Part shown: positions 7,865 to 15,391 of the stretch, in pieces | How positions within the stretch are numbered: position 1 is the stretch's first letter | Layout of the letters: every line of letters begins with the position of its first letter | Origin: Methylohalomonas lacus | GTDB lineage: Bacteria > Pseudomonadota > Gammaproteobacteria > Methylohalomonadales > Methylohalomonadaceae | Direction of reading: 5' to 3' | Assembly (NCBI RefSeq): GCF_024808875.1 | Contig: NZ_JANUCT010000025.1 | Coordinates: forward strand, 1 to 24,000 | Length of the DNA stretch: 24,000 nucleotides | Program-made: the position numbers and the translations under genes | Notes under the pieces: generated by a model | The model's input: the letters and a program-made list of their open reading frames with translations, nothing else | What the model was told of the DNA's origin: nothing | The model's database searches: none

Positions 7865-8803
7865 ACGGGACCTGAATGCCAGAAAGCCTGTTCGTACGCT
7901 TGCATCATCAGAACCAAGCTATATTTAGCACTCTTCAATCAGGAATAATCATCGAGTCAGGTGGATGGCTATGATTGAGCTGTTCCGAAAGCCATACCCG
8001 CCGCATGACAATACGCTGGGCCACCTTAATCGGGCACAGATTGACTGTTTCTCCAGTATTGGTCTAAAGAAATTTCAGTCACAAGCCTATAGAGGGGTTG
8101 ACGCTCAAATGGAGCTGTACTAATTTGGACATACTTCCTCGGTTCCCATCGGGAACACAGAGGGTCTGGCCCAACCCATATTCTGGGCTCACGCAATCGC
8201 CTCCTGCTCATTCCCTCCGCAGGAACGCGCATCCCAAGCAAAAGACCGATTGATGCTCCGGGCAGCCGTCTCAGCCTGGATTGGCCATCATATATTCAGT
8301 TCGGTTGCTGTGTGTATCAGCACAGTCAAAGACCGCCGTGTCGGGGCGTGTGCATCGTCCCTGGCACGTACCACGACTCCGGTACGGGTCTGGTAGCCAA
8401 TCAAATCGACACCGGGCCCCTGTGCCCGGTGCCACTCCATGACACCTGCTATAGCAGGTAGTACTGCAGTTCGCGGTCATTGGGCCACTGACCGCTGCCC
8501 CATTCCCCCTCATCCAGGGGTGGTAGGTGCTATATGCATCTATCAGGGGACGTGAGCTCAACACATTGTTCTCCTCGGCGGACTGTATACCACAAGGTAA
8601 TGCCTGACAGTTTTCAGGTAGGTACGTATTAGATCGGCCGGGGAGAAGGATCTGACATCCATTCTGGTGGCGGTTACGACCGAGCCCAGGATGCGTTGGG
8701 ATCCAGAGGCCTGCAGTTATTTAAAAAAGGAGACGGCAAATGATCAGCTAAATGATCACTATATGAGCGATTGGACAAACCATTAATGAATAGGAGCATG
8801 AAT

Positions 8804-9775
8804 ATGGCTACCACCCTGCAAGACGAGATGAACAGGATGGCTCTCAAGACTGGCGGGAGCGAAAACACAAAAGACGGGCGCATGCAAACGTATAGCCTGT
8901 TCGTAGACTGGTGCATCCTCGAAAACATCCAGCTGAAACATATCTGGCATATCAAAAATAGGCATGTCCTGAAGTATGTCCAGTTCCGGCTGAGCCTGGG
9001 GATTTCGCCTCGGACTCTGAAAAATGAGATGAGCCATCTCCGGAGCGTTACTAACCGGATCACGCTCACAAACGACCAGCTTGGCATTCCCAGGGGGTCC
9101 CGCAAGGGCGTAAGGATGCCGCCCAGTGAAGACTACATCATGGAATGTCTGCAGCGCCTGAACCGGATTGAATTCCAGGTTGCCGTGCTGCTGCAGCGCT
9201 TGTTGGGGCTGCGCAGCAAGGAGGTCATCATGATCGGGCCGGCGATCAAGGCGCTCCTCATTGAGCTGAGGAAGTGGTACCTGGTCAATATCACCAGGGG
9301 AACCAAAGGCGGCAAGTCGCGCAATGTCGATATCCATGAATACGAGGCCATCCGCGATTTGCTGCTGCTTGCACAGGAGCTGGTCAATAAAAATGGCGGG
9401 CAACTTATTCCGGCCAAAAGCCTGAAAGCCGCCCAGTCCAAATACCTGAAGGCTGCGGCCAGGGCCGGCCTGAAGCACGAGCACGCCCCGCACAGTCTGC
9501 GCTACAGTTTCGCGGTGCATGCCATTGAGACCTACAAGGACATCGGGTTTGACGAGGATGAAGCCCTAGCCCGGACGGCGTTGTCATTGGGTCACGGTGC
9601 TGGCAGGACCCGGTTCGTCAAATCGGTTTACGCGCGCCATCCGGTGGAACCGTCCGTGAACGGTATTACACCCATGGATTTGGTTGCGTGCGTAATGGAG
9701 TCGAACAGTAATTGGGGCAGCAATACGCGGCATGCACCCGGCTATGTTCAAGATACGGCGCAGCCACAACCCTAA
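8804..9775 (+). CDS. Tyrosine recombinase / phage-type integrase ('Integrase_1'-like N-terminus)
   Basis: Catalytic signature: Arg in LLGLRSKEV, H-x-x-R in HSLRYSFAVHA, and LGHGAGRTRFVKSVY with the terminal nucleophile Tyr. The ORF-track start is TTG 8771. ATG 8804 is preferred because AGGAG (8792-8796) lies 7 nt upstream. Composition is visibly lower in GC than the flanking genes. Confidence 0.75.
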   Translation: MATTLQDEMNRMALKTGGSENTKDGRMQTYSLFVDWCILENIQLKHIWHIKNRHVLKYVQFRLSLGISPRTLKNEMSHLRSVTNRITLTNDQLGIPRGSRKGVRMPPSEDYIMECLQRLNRIEFQVAVLLQRLLGLRSKEVIMIGPAIKALLIELRKWYLVNITRGTKGGKSRNVDIHEYEAIRDLLLLAQELVNKNGGQLIPAKSLKAAQSKYLKAAARAGLKHEHAPHSLRYSFAVHAIETYKDIGFDEDEALARTALSLGHGAGRTRFVKSVYARHPVEPSVNGITPMDLVACVMESNSNWGSNTRHAPGYVQDTAQPQP

Positions 9776-9808
9776 GCGTGAAACGGTCGGTCATGACCAA
9801 TTTCGGGT

Positions 9809-11113
9809 TCAGGGACGACCGATACATGTATAACGGAAGCCTTGGTCACGCACTGTTTCGGGCTCGTAGATGTTGCGCAGGTCGATGAATACGTTGCCGC
9901 GCATCAGCTGTTTGAGTTTGTCCAGCGACAGGCCGCGATATTCATTCCATTCGGTCAGGATAACGACGGCATCGACCTGGTCGAGAGTGCTGTATGCATC
10001 GTCACAGAATTCGATTTCCTTCGGCAGCAGTCTGGCGGCCTCTTCCATGCCCTGCGGGTCATGCGCACGGATGCGCGCGCCCTGCTCGATCAGGTTGGGA
10101 ATGATGGACAACGCCGGCGAATCGCGCATGTCGTCGGTTTCCGGCTTGAAGGTCAGGCCGAGCACGGCAATGGTCTTGCCACTGACGTTGTTATCCAGCG
10201 CGGCGCGGATTTTCTTGACCATGCGCGCCTTCTGCGCCGAGTTGACCTCGATCACGGACTCGACAATGCGCGAGGAGGCGCCGTGTTCCTGGGCGATACG
10301 CACCAGCGCCTGGGTGTCTTTCGGGAAGCAACTGCCGCCGTAGCCGGGACCGACGTGCAGGAATTTCTTGCCGATGCGGTTATCCAGGCCCATGCCCTTG
10401 GCGATGGCGTGCACGTCGGCACCGACCGCCTCACAGAGCACGGACATTTCGTTGATGAAACTGATCTTGGTCGCCAGAAAGGCATTCGAGGCGTACTTGA
10501 TGAGTTCGGCGCTTTCCAGGTCAGTGGTCAGGATCGGCGCCTCGATCAGGTTCAGCGGCCGGTAAAGTTCGTGCAGCAGTTTTTTCGCGCGCTCGCTCTC
10601 GACGCCGAGGACGACGCGGTCCGGGCGCATGAAGTCGCTGATGGCCGCGCCCTCGCGCAGAAATTCCGGGTTCGAGGCAACGTCGAAGTCGGCCGCCGGG
10701 TTGGTCTCGCCAATAATGCGCTTGACGTTGCGGGCGGTGCCCACCGGCACGGTCGACTTGTCGACGATCACCGTGTAGCCCTGCAGGTTGGTGGCAATGT
10801 CCCGGGCCGCCTGGTAGACGTAGGTCAGATCGGCGTAGCCGTCGCCATGACGACTGGGCGTGCCAACAGCAATGAACACCAGGTCGGCCTCGCCGATATG
10901 GCTGTAGTCGGTCGAGAACCGTAAGCGCTTGTGCCGGACGTTGTCGGCAACCATTTCCTCGAGACCCGGCTCGTAGATCGGGATCTTGCCATTCTCGAGC
11001 TTCTCTATTTTCGCGGCATCGACGTCGACGCAGACCACCTCGGCGCCGAACTCGGCAAAGCAGGTACCGGAAACCAGACCGACGTAGCCGGTCCCTATCA
11101 TGACCACTTTCAT
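9809..11113 (-). CDS. ugd: UDP-glucose 6-dehydrogenase
   Basis: 434 aa. It has the N-terminal Rossmann motif MKVVMIGTGYVGLVSG and the catalytic-Cys motif GGSCFPKDT, with length and layout of the UDP-glucose/GDP-mannose dehydrogenase family. The 360-aa + strand ORF 9842-10924 is its antisense shadow. Confidence 0.9.
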   Translation of the reverse strand: MKVVMIGTGYVGLVSGTCFAEFGAEVVCVDVDAAKIEKLENGKIPIYEPGLEEMVADNVRHKRLRFSTDYSHIGEADLVFIAVGTPSRHGDGYADLTYVYQAARDIATNLQGYTVIVDKSTVPVGTARNVKRIIGETNPAADFDVASNPEFLREGAAISDFMRPDRVVLGVESERAKKLLHELYRPLNLIEAPILTTDLESAELIKYASNAFLATKISFINEMSVLCEAVGADVHAIAKGMGLDNRIGKKFLHVGPGYGGSCFPKDTQALVRIAQEHGASSRIVESVIEVNSAQKARMVKKIRAALDNNVSGKTIAVLGLTFKPETDDMRDSPALSIIPNLIEQGARIRAHDPQGMEEAARLLPKEIEFCDDAYSTLDQVDAVVILTEWNEYRGLSLDKLKQLMRGNVFIDLRNIYEPETVRDQGFRYTCIGRP

Positions 11114-11180
11114 TGAGTAAAATCCCTGTTTTGAACCTGTTTATTGCAATTGTATTGAATCAGCATGACGAAAGATATTC

Positions 11181-11389
11181 GTTCGCGGCGGGGGCGCCGC
11201 TCCTACCGGGGCTTCTTTCTGCAGGAGGCCCGGCCCCGGGTCGAAGAATACTGCATTGACACAGATTCCGGATAACGCCTGCGGCGTTTCCGGAATGACG
11301 AAGTTTAAATTCTTCGTGATATTTAAATTTTCGTCATTCCGGCCGACCGCAGGGCCGGCCGACCGCAGGGAGAGCCGGAATCTGTTTTT
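11181..11389 (+). repeat. Composite REP/MITE-like intergenic element, copy C (~209 bp)
   Basis: It starts with the exact 24-nt core. It contains nested hairpins ATTCCGGATAACGCC/GGCGTTTCCGGAAT and GGAATGACGAA...TTCGTCATTCC (11291-11340). A 16-bp tandem duplication CCGGCCGACCGCAGGG occurs twice (11339-11370). The right end is GAGAGCCGGAATCTGTTTTT. The ORFs called here (11141-11434, 11431-11766) are judged spurious. Confidence 0.75.
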
Positions 11390-11446
11390 ACTGTACGAGA
11401 TTCGACCCCGGTACGAATAGTCACTTCGAATCATTTTTTCATGTGT

Positions 11447-12505
11447 TCAGAGTGCTGCCACATACCGGCTCGCTTCCGGCGCGATGGTTTCAATTTTCTC
11501 AAGGCCACGCTGCAGCTTGCCGGCCCATTGTTTACCTCGCCCGACAAGGTCATCCCTGGCTTGTTTGAGCCCATCCGGTGCTTCTGAAACAAGCACCTGC
11601 AACAGCTGGGCAGACTGCAGGCGATCCTTCTCGGCTTTCGCCGCAAACGTACTGGAGCGTGACTCGGAAACCAGTAATTTATGCAATGCAAACCGTTCCG
11701 GTGATGGGATGTTGAGCAGCACGCAATACTTATGACCGGCAAGAACCGTTGGCAGGGTCTCTTCAATCAGGTAGTCCAGAAAACGCACGGGCTGGGCAGG
11801 TGCATTAAATGCTGGCACGAATACCGGCTGACGCGGCTGTTTGCCCGTCATGGGCGTTAACAGATCCACGCGTAGTTCCTGGCCCCGAACACGGAAGGCG
11901 GTAGAGGGTGATTTCGGATTGAGGCTTGGGACGGGGATGAAGCCCATATTCAGTTTATCGAGAAGATCCGCCGTATCTACTCCGGCAGGCTGTACAGCGA
12001 TGTCCACCTTCACTGATCCAGCCAAGTCTATATCCTGCGTTTGCATGTTTCCTGACCAGTTTACTCCGAGTAGATTACCCATCGCTATAAAAGCATGCGT
12101 GCCCACAAGCACGCCCTGCTGCCGGCCCGGCTGGAGAACGCCGGCATCGGCAAAGGCCTTTAACACTCTCAGGGGCGCACTGGCTGTGGCAAGCCCGCCT
12201 GCGGCCAGGAAGGCGCCACGAAGCTCATCCAGACGTTCCCGATCCGCTGCATGCAGCTGGGCGCGTTGCCGGAGGCGTTCGACCAGAGATCGGGTCGCCG
12301 CATCATCCGGCCCCAGATAGCACTGCCGGGTACGGCCATCCAGATCGCGATACTGGTAGTAGAGGTACGCCCGGCCCTTGATATTCTTATCGACAACACT
12401 GCCGGGTGTGTCGCCGATATTCTCCAGGGCACCCACGGCAAGCGCCAGCTCGCGCAGTTCGGCAAAAAGCGTGCGCGCCGTCAGGGATTGCGGTTTGGGC
12501 TGCAT
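11447..12505 (-). CDS. Nucleotidyltransferase-fold protein, uncharacterised (resembles the NTP_transf_8 / 'GSU2403 family', from memory)
   Basis: 352-aa ORF with ATG at 12505. The N-terminal segment is ...DKNIKGRAYLYYQYRDLDGRTRQCYLGPDD. The central segment LVGTHAFIAMGNLLG...QTQDIDLAG resembles a pol-beta NTase G-[ST]...D-x-D motif. The family assignment is recall only and is not verified by search. Confidence 0.5.
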   Translation of the reverse strand: MQPKPQSLTARTLFAELRELALAVGALENIGDTPGSVVDKNIKGRAYLYYQYRDLDGRTRQCYLGPDDAATRSLVERLRQRAQLHAADRERLDELRGAFLAAGGLATASAPLRVLKAFADAGVLQPGRQQGVLVGTHAFIAMGNLLGVNWSGNMQTQDIDLAGSVKVDIAVQPAGVDTADLLDKLNMGFIPVPSLNPKSPSTAFRVRGQELRVDLLTPMTGKQPRQPVFVPAFNAPAQPVRFLDYLIEETLPTVLAGHKYCVLLNIPSPERFALHKLLVSESRSSTFAAKAEKDRLQSAQLLQVLVSEAPDGLKQARDDLVGRGKQWAGKLQRGLEKIETIAPEASRYVAAL

Positions 12506-12526
12506 GGGACATACTTTCCCTTGGAG

Positions 12527-12558
12527 TTATACGTAAAATATTAGCATATTACGTATAA
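12527..12558. promoter_or_regulatory. AT-rich inverted repeat upstream of the NTase-fold gene (candidate operator/promoter)
   Basis: TTATACGTAAAATAT-TAGC-ATATTACGTATAA has 10-bp perfect outer arms TTATACGTAA/TTACGTATAA plus inner ATAT/ATAT. It lies 22-53 nt upstream of ATG 12505 in the 109-bp gap after the epimerase stop. It could alternatively act as the epimerase terminator. Confidence 0.35.
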
Positions 12559-12614
12559 CTTTCCAGTCCTCCTGCATCCCACGCCTCGCTATGGTGCGCA
12601 GCCACCACGATGCG

Positions 12615-13622
12615 CTAGCAACCGTAGTAGTCCTTGTACCAGTCGATGAATTTCGGGATACCGTGCTCCAGATCGGTGACCGGCGTATAGCCGACATCGC
12701 GCGTGAAGTCGTCGATATCGGCACAGGTCTGATAGACGTCGCCCGGCTGCATGGGCTGCATGCGTTTTTCCGCCTTGCGGCCCAGCGCCTGCTCCAGTAC
12801 CGCGATAAAGTCCAGCAGCCGCACCGGCGAATGGTGGCCGATATTGTACAGGCGATACGGCGCGCTGCTGGTGCCGGGATCGGGCCGATCGCCGTTCCAG
12901 TCGGGATTCGGCTGCGGGATCCGGTCCAGCGCGCGGACAACGCCCGCGACAATATCGTCGATGTAGGTGAAGTCGCGGCTCAGATCGCCGTGGTTGAAAA
13001 CGTCGATGGGTTCGCCGGCCAGGATCTTCTTCGTGAACGAGAAGTAGGCCATGTCTGGCCGGCCCCAGGGACCGTAGACCGTGAAGAAACGCAGGCCGGT
13101 CACGGGGATGGCATAGAGATGGCTGTAGGTGTGCGCCATCAGCTCGTTGGCCTTCTTGGTGGCCGCATACAGCGATACCGGATGGTCGACGTTGTCGTGG
13201 ACCGAGTACGGAATCCGGCTGTTGGCGCCATAAACCGAGCTGGATGAGGCGTACACCAGATGGCCGACGTTGTTGTGGCGGCAGGCCTCGAGCACGTTGA
13301 TGAATCCCATCAGGTTGGAATCAACGTAGGCATGCGGATTTTCCAGCGAGTAGCGCACGCCGGCCTGTGCGGCCAGGTGAATGACGCGCTCAGCCCCGGC
13401 CTGCTCGAAAACCGCCGCCGTACCCTGGCGATCGGCCAGGTCCAGGTGATGAAAGTCGAAACCCCTATGGTGGTCGATCTGTGCCAGCCGATCGCGCTTG
13501 AGCTGAACGTCGTAGTAGTCATTCAGGCTGTCGATGCCGATGACCTCGTTGCCCCGCTCCAGCAGATGTTTAGCGGTGTGATAGCCGATGAACCCGGCAG
13601 CGCCGGTGACGATGACTTTCAT
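12615..13622 (-). CDS. NAD-dependent epimerase (SDR), UDP-glucuronate 4-epimerase-like
   Basis: 335 aa. It has the Rossmann motif [15 protein letters not shown] and the SDR catalytic YAATKKANE (Y-x3-K), followed by ...[16 protein letters not shown]..., typical of CapI/LpsL-type uronate epimerases. It lies close to ugd. Confidence 0.8.
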   Translation of the reverse strand: MKVIVTGAAGFIGYHTAKHLLERGNEVIGIDSLNDYYDVQLKRDRLAQIDHHRGFDFHHLDLADRQGTAAVFEQAGAERVIHLAAQAGVRYSLENPHAYVDSNLMGFINVLEACRHNNVGHLVYASSSSVYGANSRIPYSVHDNVDHPVSLYAATKKANELMAHTYSHLYAIPVTGLRFFTVYGPWGRPDMAYFSFTKKILAGEPIDVFNHGDLSRDFTYIDDIVAGVVRALDRIPQPNPDWNGDRPDPGTSSAPYRLYNIGHHSPVRLLDFIAVLEQALGRKAEKRMQPMQPGDVYQTCADIDDFTRDVGYTPVTDLEHGIPKFIDWYKDYYGC

Positions 13623-13693
13623 GCAGCGGGAGGGCTCCCTGGGTTTATTGCGGGCCTGCGGTTTGCGGTGGATTATAATAGCATTCGAATTCG

Positions 13694-13731
13694 CGTCATG
13701 CCGGCCGCCAGGCGAGCCGGAATCTCATTTT
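13694..13731 (+). repeat. Right-end fragment of the REP/MITE-like element, copy E
   Basis: CGTCATGCCGGCCGCCAGGCGAGCCGGAATCTCATTTT aligns with CGTCATTCCGGCCGACCGCAGGGAGAGCCGGAATCTGTTTTT of copy C. It lies between the epimerase start and the yoeB stop. Confidence 0.6.
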
Positions 13732-13765
13732 CCGCAGGGAGGCCGACGCCGATCCGAAGGACGCG

Positions 13766-14026
13766 CTAGAACTGATCGTAGTGACCGCCGATGGCAAAAA
13801 TATAGATGGCATCGTCGTCGTATTTATAGATCAAGCGATCCTGCTGGCTGAGCCGTCGGGACCACAGTCCCGATAGATGGTATTTCAGGGGCTCGGGTTT
13901 GCCGCGCCCGGTTGCGGGATCGATTTCCTTGAGTATCAGACACAACTCGGCATGCAGCTTTTTATCCTTTTGCCGAAGTTTTTCGTAAGCTATCCAGGTC
14001 TGTCCCTCAAACACCAGTGATCGCAT
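13766..14026 (-). CDS. yoeB: YoeB/Txe-family toxin (ribosome-dependent mRNA interferase)
   Basis: 86 aa. ...GRGKPEPLKYHLSGLWSRRLSQQDRLIYKY...HY aligns by eye along its whole length with E. coli YoeB ([28 protein letters not shown]...YHY). Confidence 0.9.
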   Translation of the reverse strand: MRSLVFEGQTWIAYEKLRQKDKKLHAELCLILKEIDPATGRGKPEPLKYHLSGLWSRRLSQQDRLIYKYDDDAIYIFAIGGHYDQF

Positions 14027-14279
14027 GCAGTTCCTCTGCAGTGGGTGAATATCCCTTTCCTGTTGTATGCGTCGCGGCCGACTCGCTGATTTGGCGTATC
14101 AGGTCGGTGTTCTGGAGCACGTACAGGGTTTCTTGCTGGCGTTCCCAGTCGGCAGCGCTGACCACGACAAAATCGTCGCCACTGCGGCGCGTTACCTTGA
14201 GCGGCAGGTGTTTGTTAACCACTTGTTCTACGTAGTTTTTCAGGTGGTCCCTGAATTTGTTAACGCTGATGCTGTCCAT
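14007..14279 (-). CDS. yefM: YefM/Phd-family antitoxin
   Basis: 90 aa. MDSISVNKFRDHLKNYVEQVV...PLKVTRRSGDDFVVVSAADWERQQETLYVLQN is the classic YefM fold pattern. It lies upstream of yoeB and overlaps it by 20 nt. Confidence 0.85.
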   Translation of the reverse strand: MDSISVNKFRDHLKNYVEQVVNKHLPLKVTRRSGDDFVVVSAADWERQQETLYVLQNTDLIRQISESAATHTTGKGYSPTAEELHAITGV

Positions 14280-14293
14280 TTCCTACACTTGGT

Positions 14294-14316
14294 TACGTAC
14301 GGTATTTCCGTACATA
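14294..14316. promoter_or_regulatory. Candidate yefM-yoeB operator (inverted repeat with GTAC cores)
   Basis: TACGTACGG-TATTT-CCGTACATA matches at 8 of 9 positions per arm, with a perfect GTACGG/CCGTAC core at 14297-14313. It lies 15-37 nt upstream of the yefM ATG. The E. coli yefM-yoeB operator palindromes are built on TGTACA cores. Confidence 0.45.
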
Positions 14317-14610
14317 TTAGACTGGCGATCGCGCCGATGCAACGGCGTCGGCACATAAGTCTTTCCGCACCAGGAAATCACCGACGGCCGTCCCTGCTGG
14401 CTAAGAGAGTCCCGACCCCGGGCCGAGGGTTCACCAAACCCGTCGTTGCGAGGCGCGCCAGCGCCGCGGCAACCTCGGCGCAATTGCTCCTCGCAATGAA
14501 CTGTGCCTGAAGTCAAGCGTATTCGGCCGAATAAGGCCGGTTGGTAGTGGCCACGGCAAAGGCCTGCCTCAGCAGTTTATGCGCAATCGCGATATTGATG
14601 ACGGTTAATA

Positions 14611-14692
14611 GTTCGCGGCGGGGGCGCCGCTCCTACCCTGGCTCGCCCTGGGGCGGAGAGTGGCTGTATCGAACATGGATTCCGTATATGGA
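14611..14692 (+). repeat. Left-end portion of the REP/MITE-like element, copy D
   Basis: The exact 24-nt core (14611-14634) is followed by ACCCTGGCTCGCCCTGGGGCGGAGAGTGGCTGTATCGAACATGGATTCCG, which aligns with 2602-2660 of copy B. It runs directly into the IS110 remnant ORF. Confidence 0.7.
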
Positions 14693-15283
14693 CCCATCCC
14701 TTTTTGCAAGGACCGCAGTGCTGCTCCGGTGTCGGTCATCAATCCGAAGAGCTTCCGCCACTTCGCCCAGCTCAAGCTCACCGGCAGCAAGACCGACCCG
14801 GTCGACCAGCGCCCCGACCGGCTGCAGCAGGCCGCACGCGAGCTTATCGATGAATGCCCCGTGCTGGCGCAGCAGTTCCAGGTCATGACCACCGCCAAAG
14901 GCATCGGCCAGGCCAGTGCCGTTGCCCTGCTGGCTGAACTGGCCGTGTTGCCGGACCACCTCAAGGCGGCCCAGGTCAGCCGTCATGCCGGTCTTGATGT
15001 CCGCCTGAACCAGTCCGGCAGCAGCGTCCATAAGCCCGGCCGCCTGGCCAAAACCGGCAATGCCTATCTGCGCGCCGCACTGTTCATGCCGGCACTGAGC
15101 GCCGTCCGCCATGACCCGCGCGCCAAAGCCTTTTATGAATCGCTCATCCAGCGCGGCAAAAAGAAAATACAGGCCCTGTGTGCCGTCATGCGCAAATACC
15201 TGACCGGACTCTGGGCCTGCCTGCGGGACAATACGCCGTTCGATAGCGCCAAACTCTTCAGTGAGTGCCACCTGAAAACTTGA
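14660..15283 (+). pseudogene. IS110-family transposase remnant (C-terminal Transposase_20 part retained; DEDD N-domain mostly missing)
   Basis: VSVINPKSFRHFAQLKLTGSKTDPVD matches the end of the IS110 DEDD domain (V.VvNP....FA....KTD..D). TTAKGIGQASAVALLAEL...HAGLDVRLNQSGSS...GRLAKTGNAYLRAALFMPALSAVRHDPRAKAFYESLIQRGKKKIQALCAVMRKYL is the conserved C-terminal domain. Only ~30 aa separate the KTD and GIG motifs, where I recall intact members having a substantially longer linker. About 85 N-terminal residues with the catalytic acidic residues are absent. Confidence 0.65.
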
Positions 15284-15391
15284 CGCGCAACAGAGTATCT
15301 ACGCCACTTGATGCTGTACGAATACGCACTGGTGAATTCACTATACCGGGAATGCTAAGGTAGACCCGTTTATAAATTCGGTACCTAGCCA

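Noticed and set aside
8026-8241. 71-aa minus-strand ORF, and a ~50-aa + strand ORF (7971-8123), in the ORF-poor stretch
   Set aside because: Neither is recognisable. The 71-aa ORF has no convincing SD. The + strand ORF has AGGTGG 6 nt upstream but is very short. They are left as part of the islet finding rather than called as genes.
7865-8803. A tRNA or tmRNA gene as the integration target next to the recombinase
   Set aside because: I scanned both strands by eye for T-arm-like GGTTCGAATCC / GTTCGA motifs and acceptor-stem/CCA patterns and found none. This is a visual scan only, so tRNAscan-SE or ARAGORN should confirm it.
8783-9520. 245-aa minus-strand ORF opposite the recombinase
   Set aside because: The + strand frame contains the R...HxxR...Y tyrosine-recombinase signature and a good SD. 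The minus-strand product has no recognisable features.
9842-10924. 360-aa + strand ORF
   Set aside because: It is the antisense shadow of ugd. Its sequence is low-complexity and rich in Arg, Gly, Ala and Val, as expected for the reverse frame of a GC-rich gene, whereas the minus-strand product has unmistakable UDP-glucose dehydrogenase motifs.
12591-13247. 218-aa + strand ORF, with similar shadows at 14633-15271, 16770-17465 and 17706-18389
   Set aside because: Each lies antisense to a gene with strong family motifs (epimerase, IS110 remnant, inverse autotransporter). They are interpreted as shadow ORFs.
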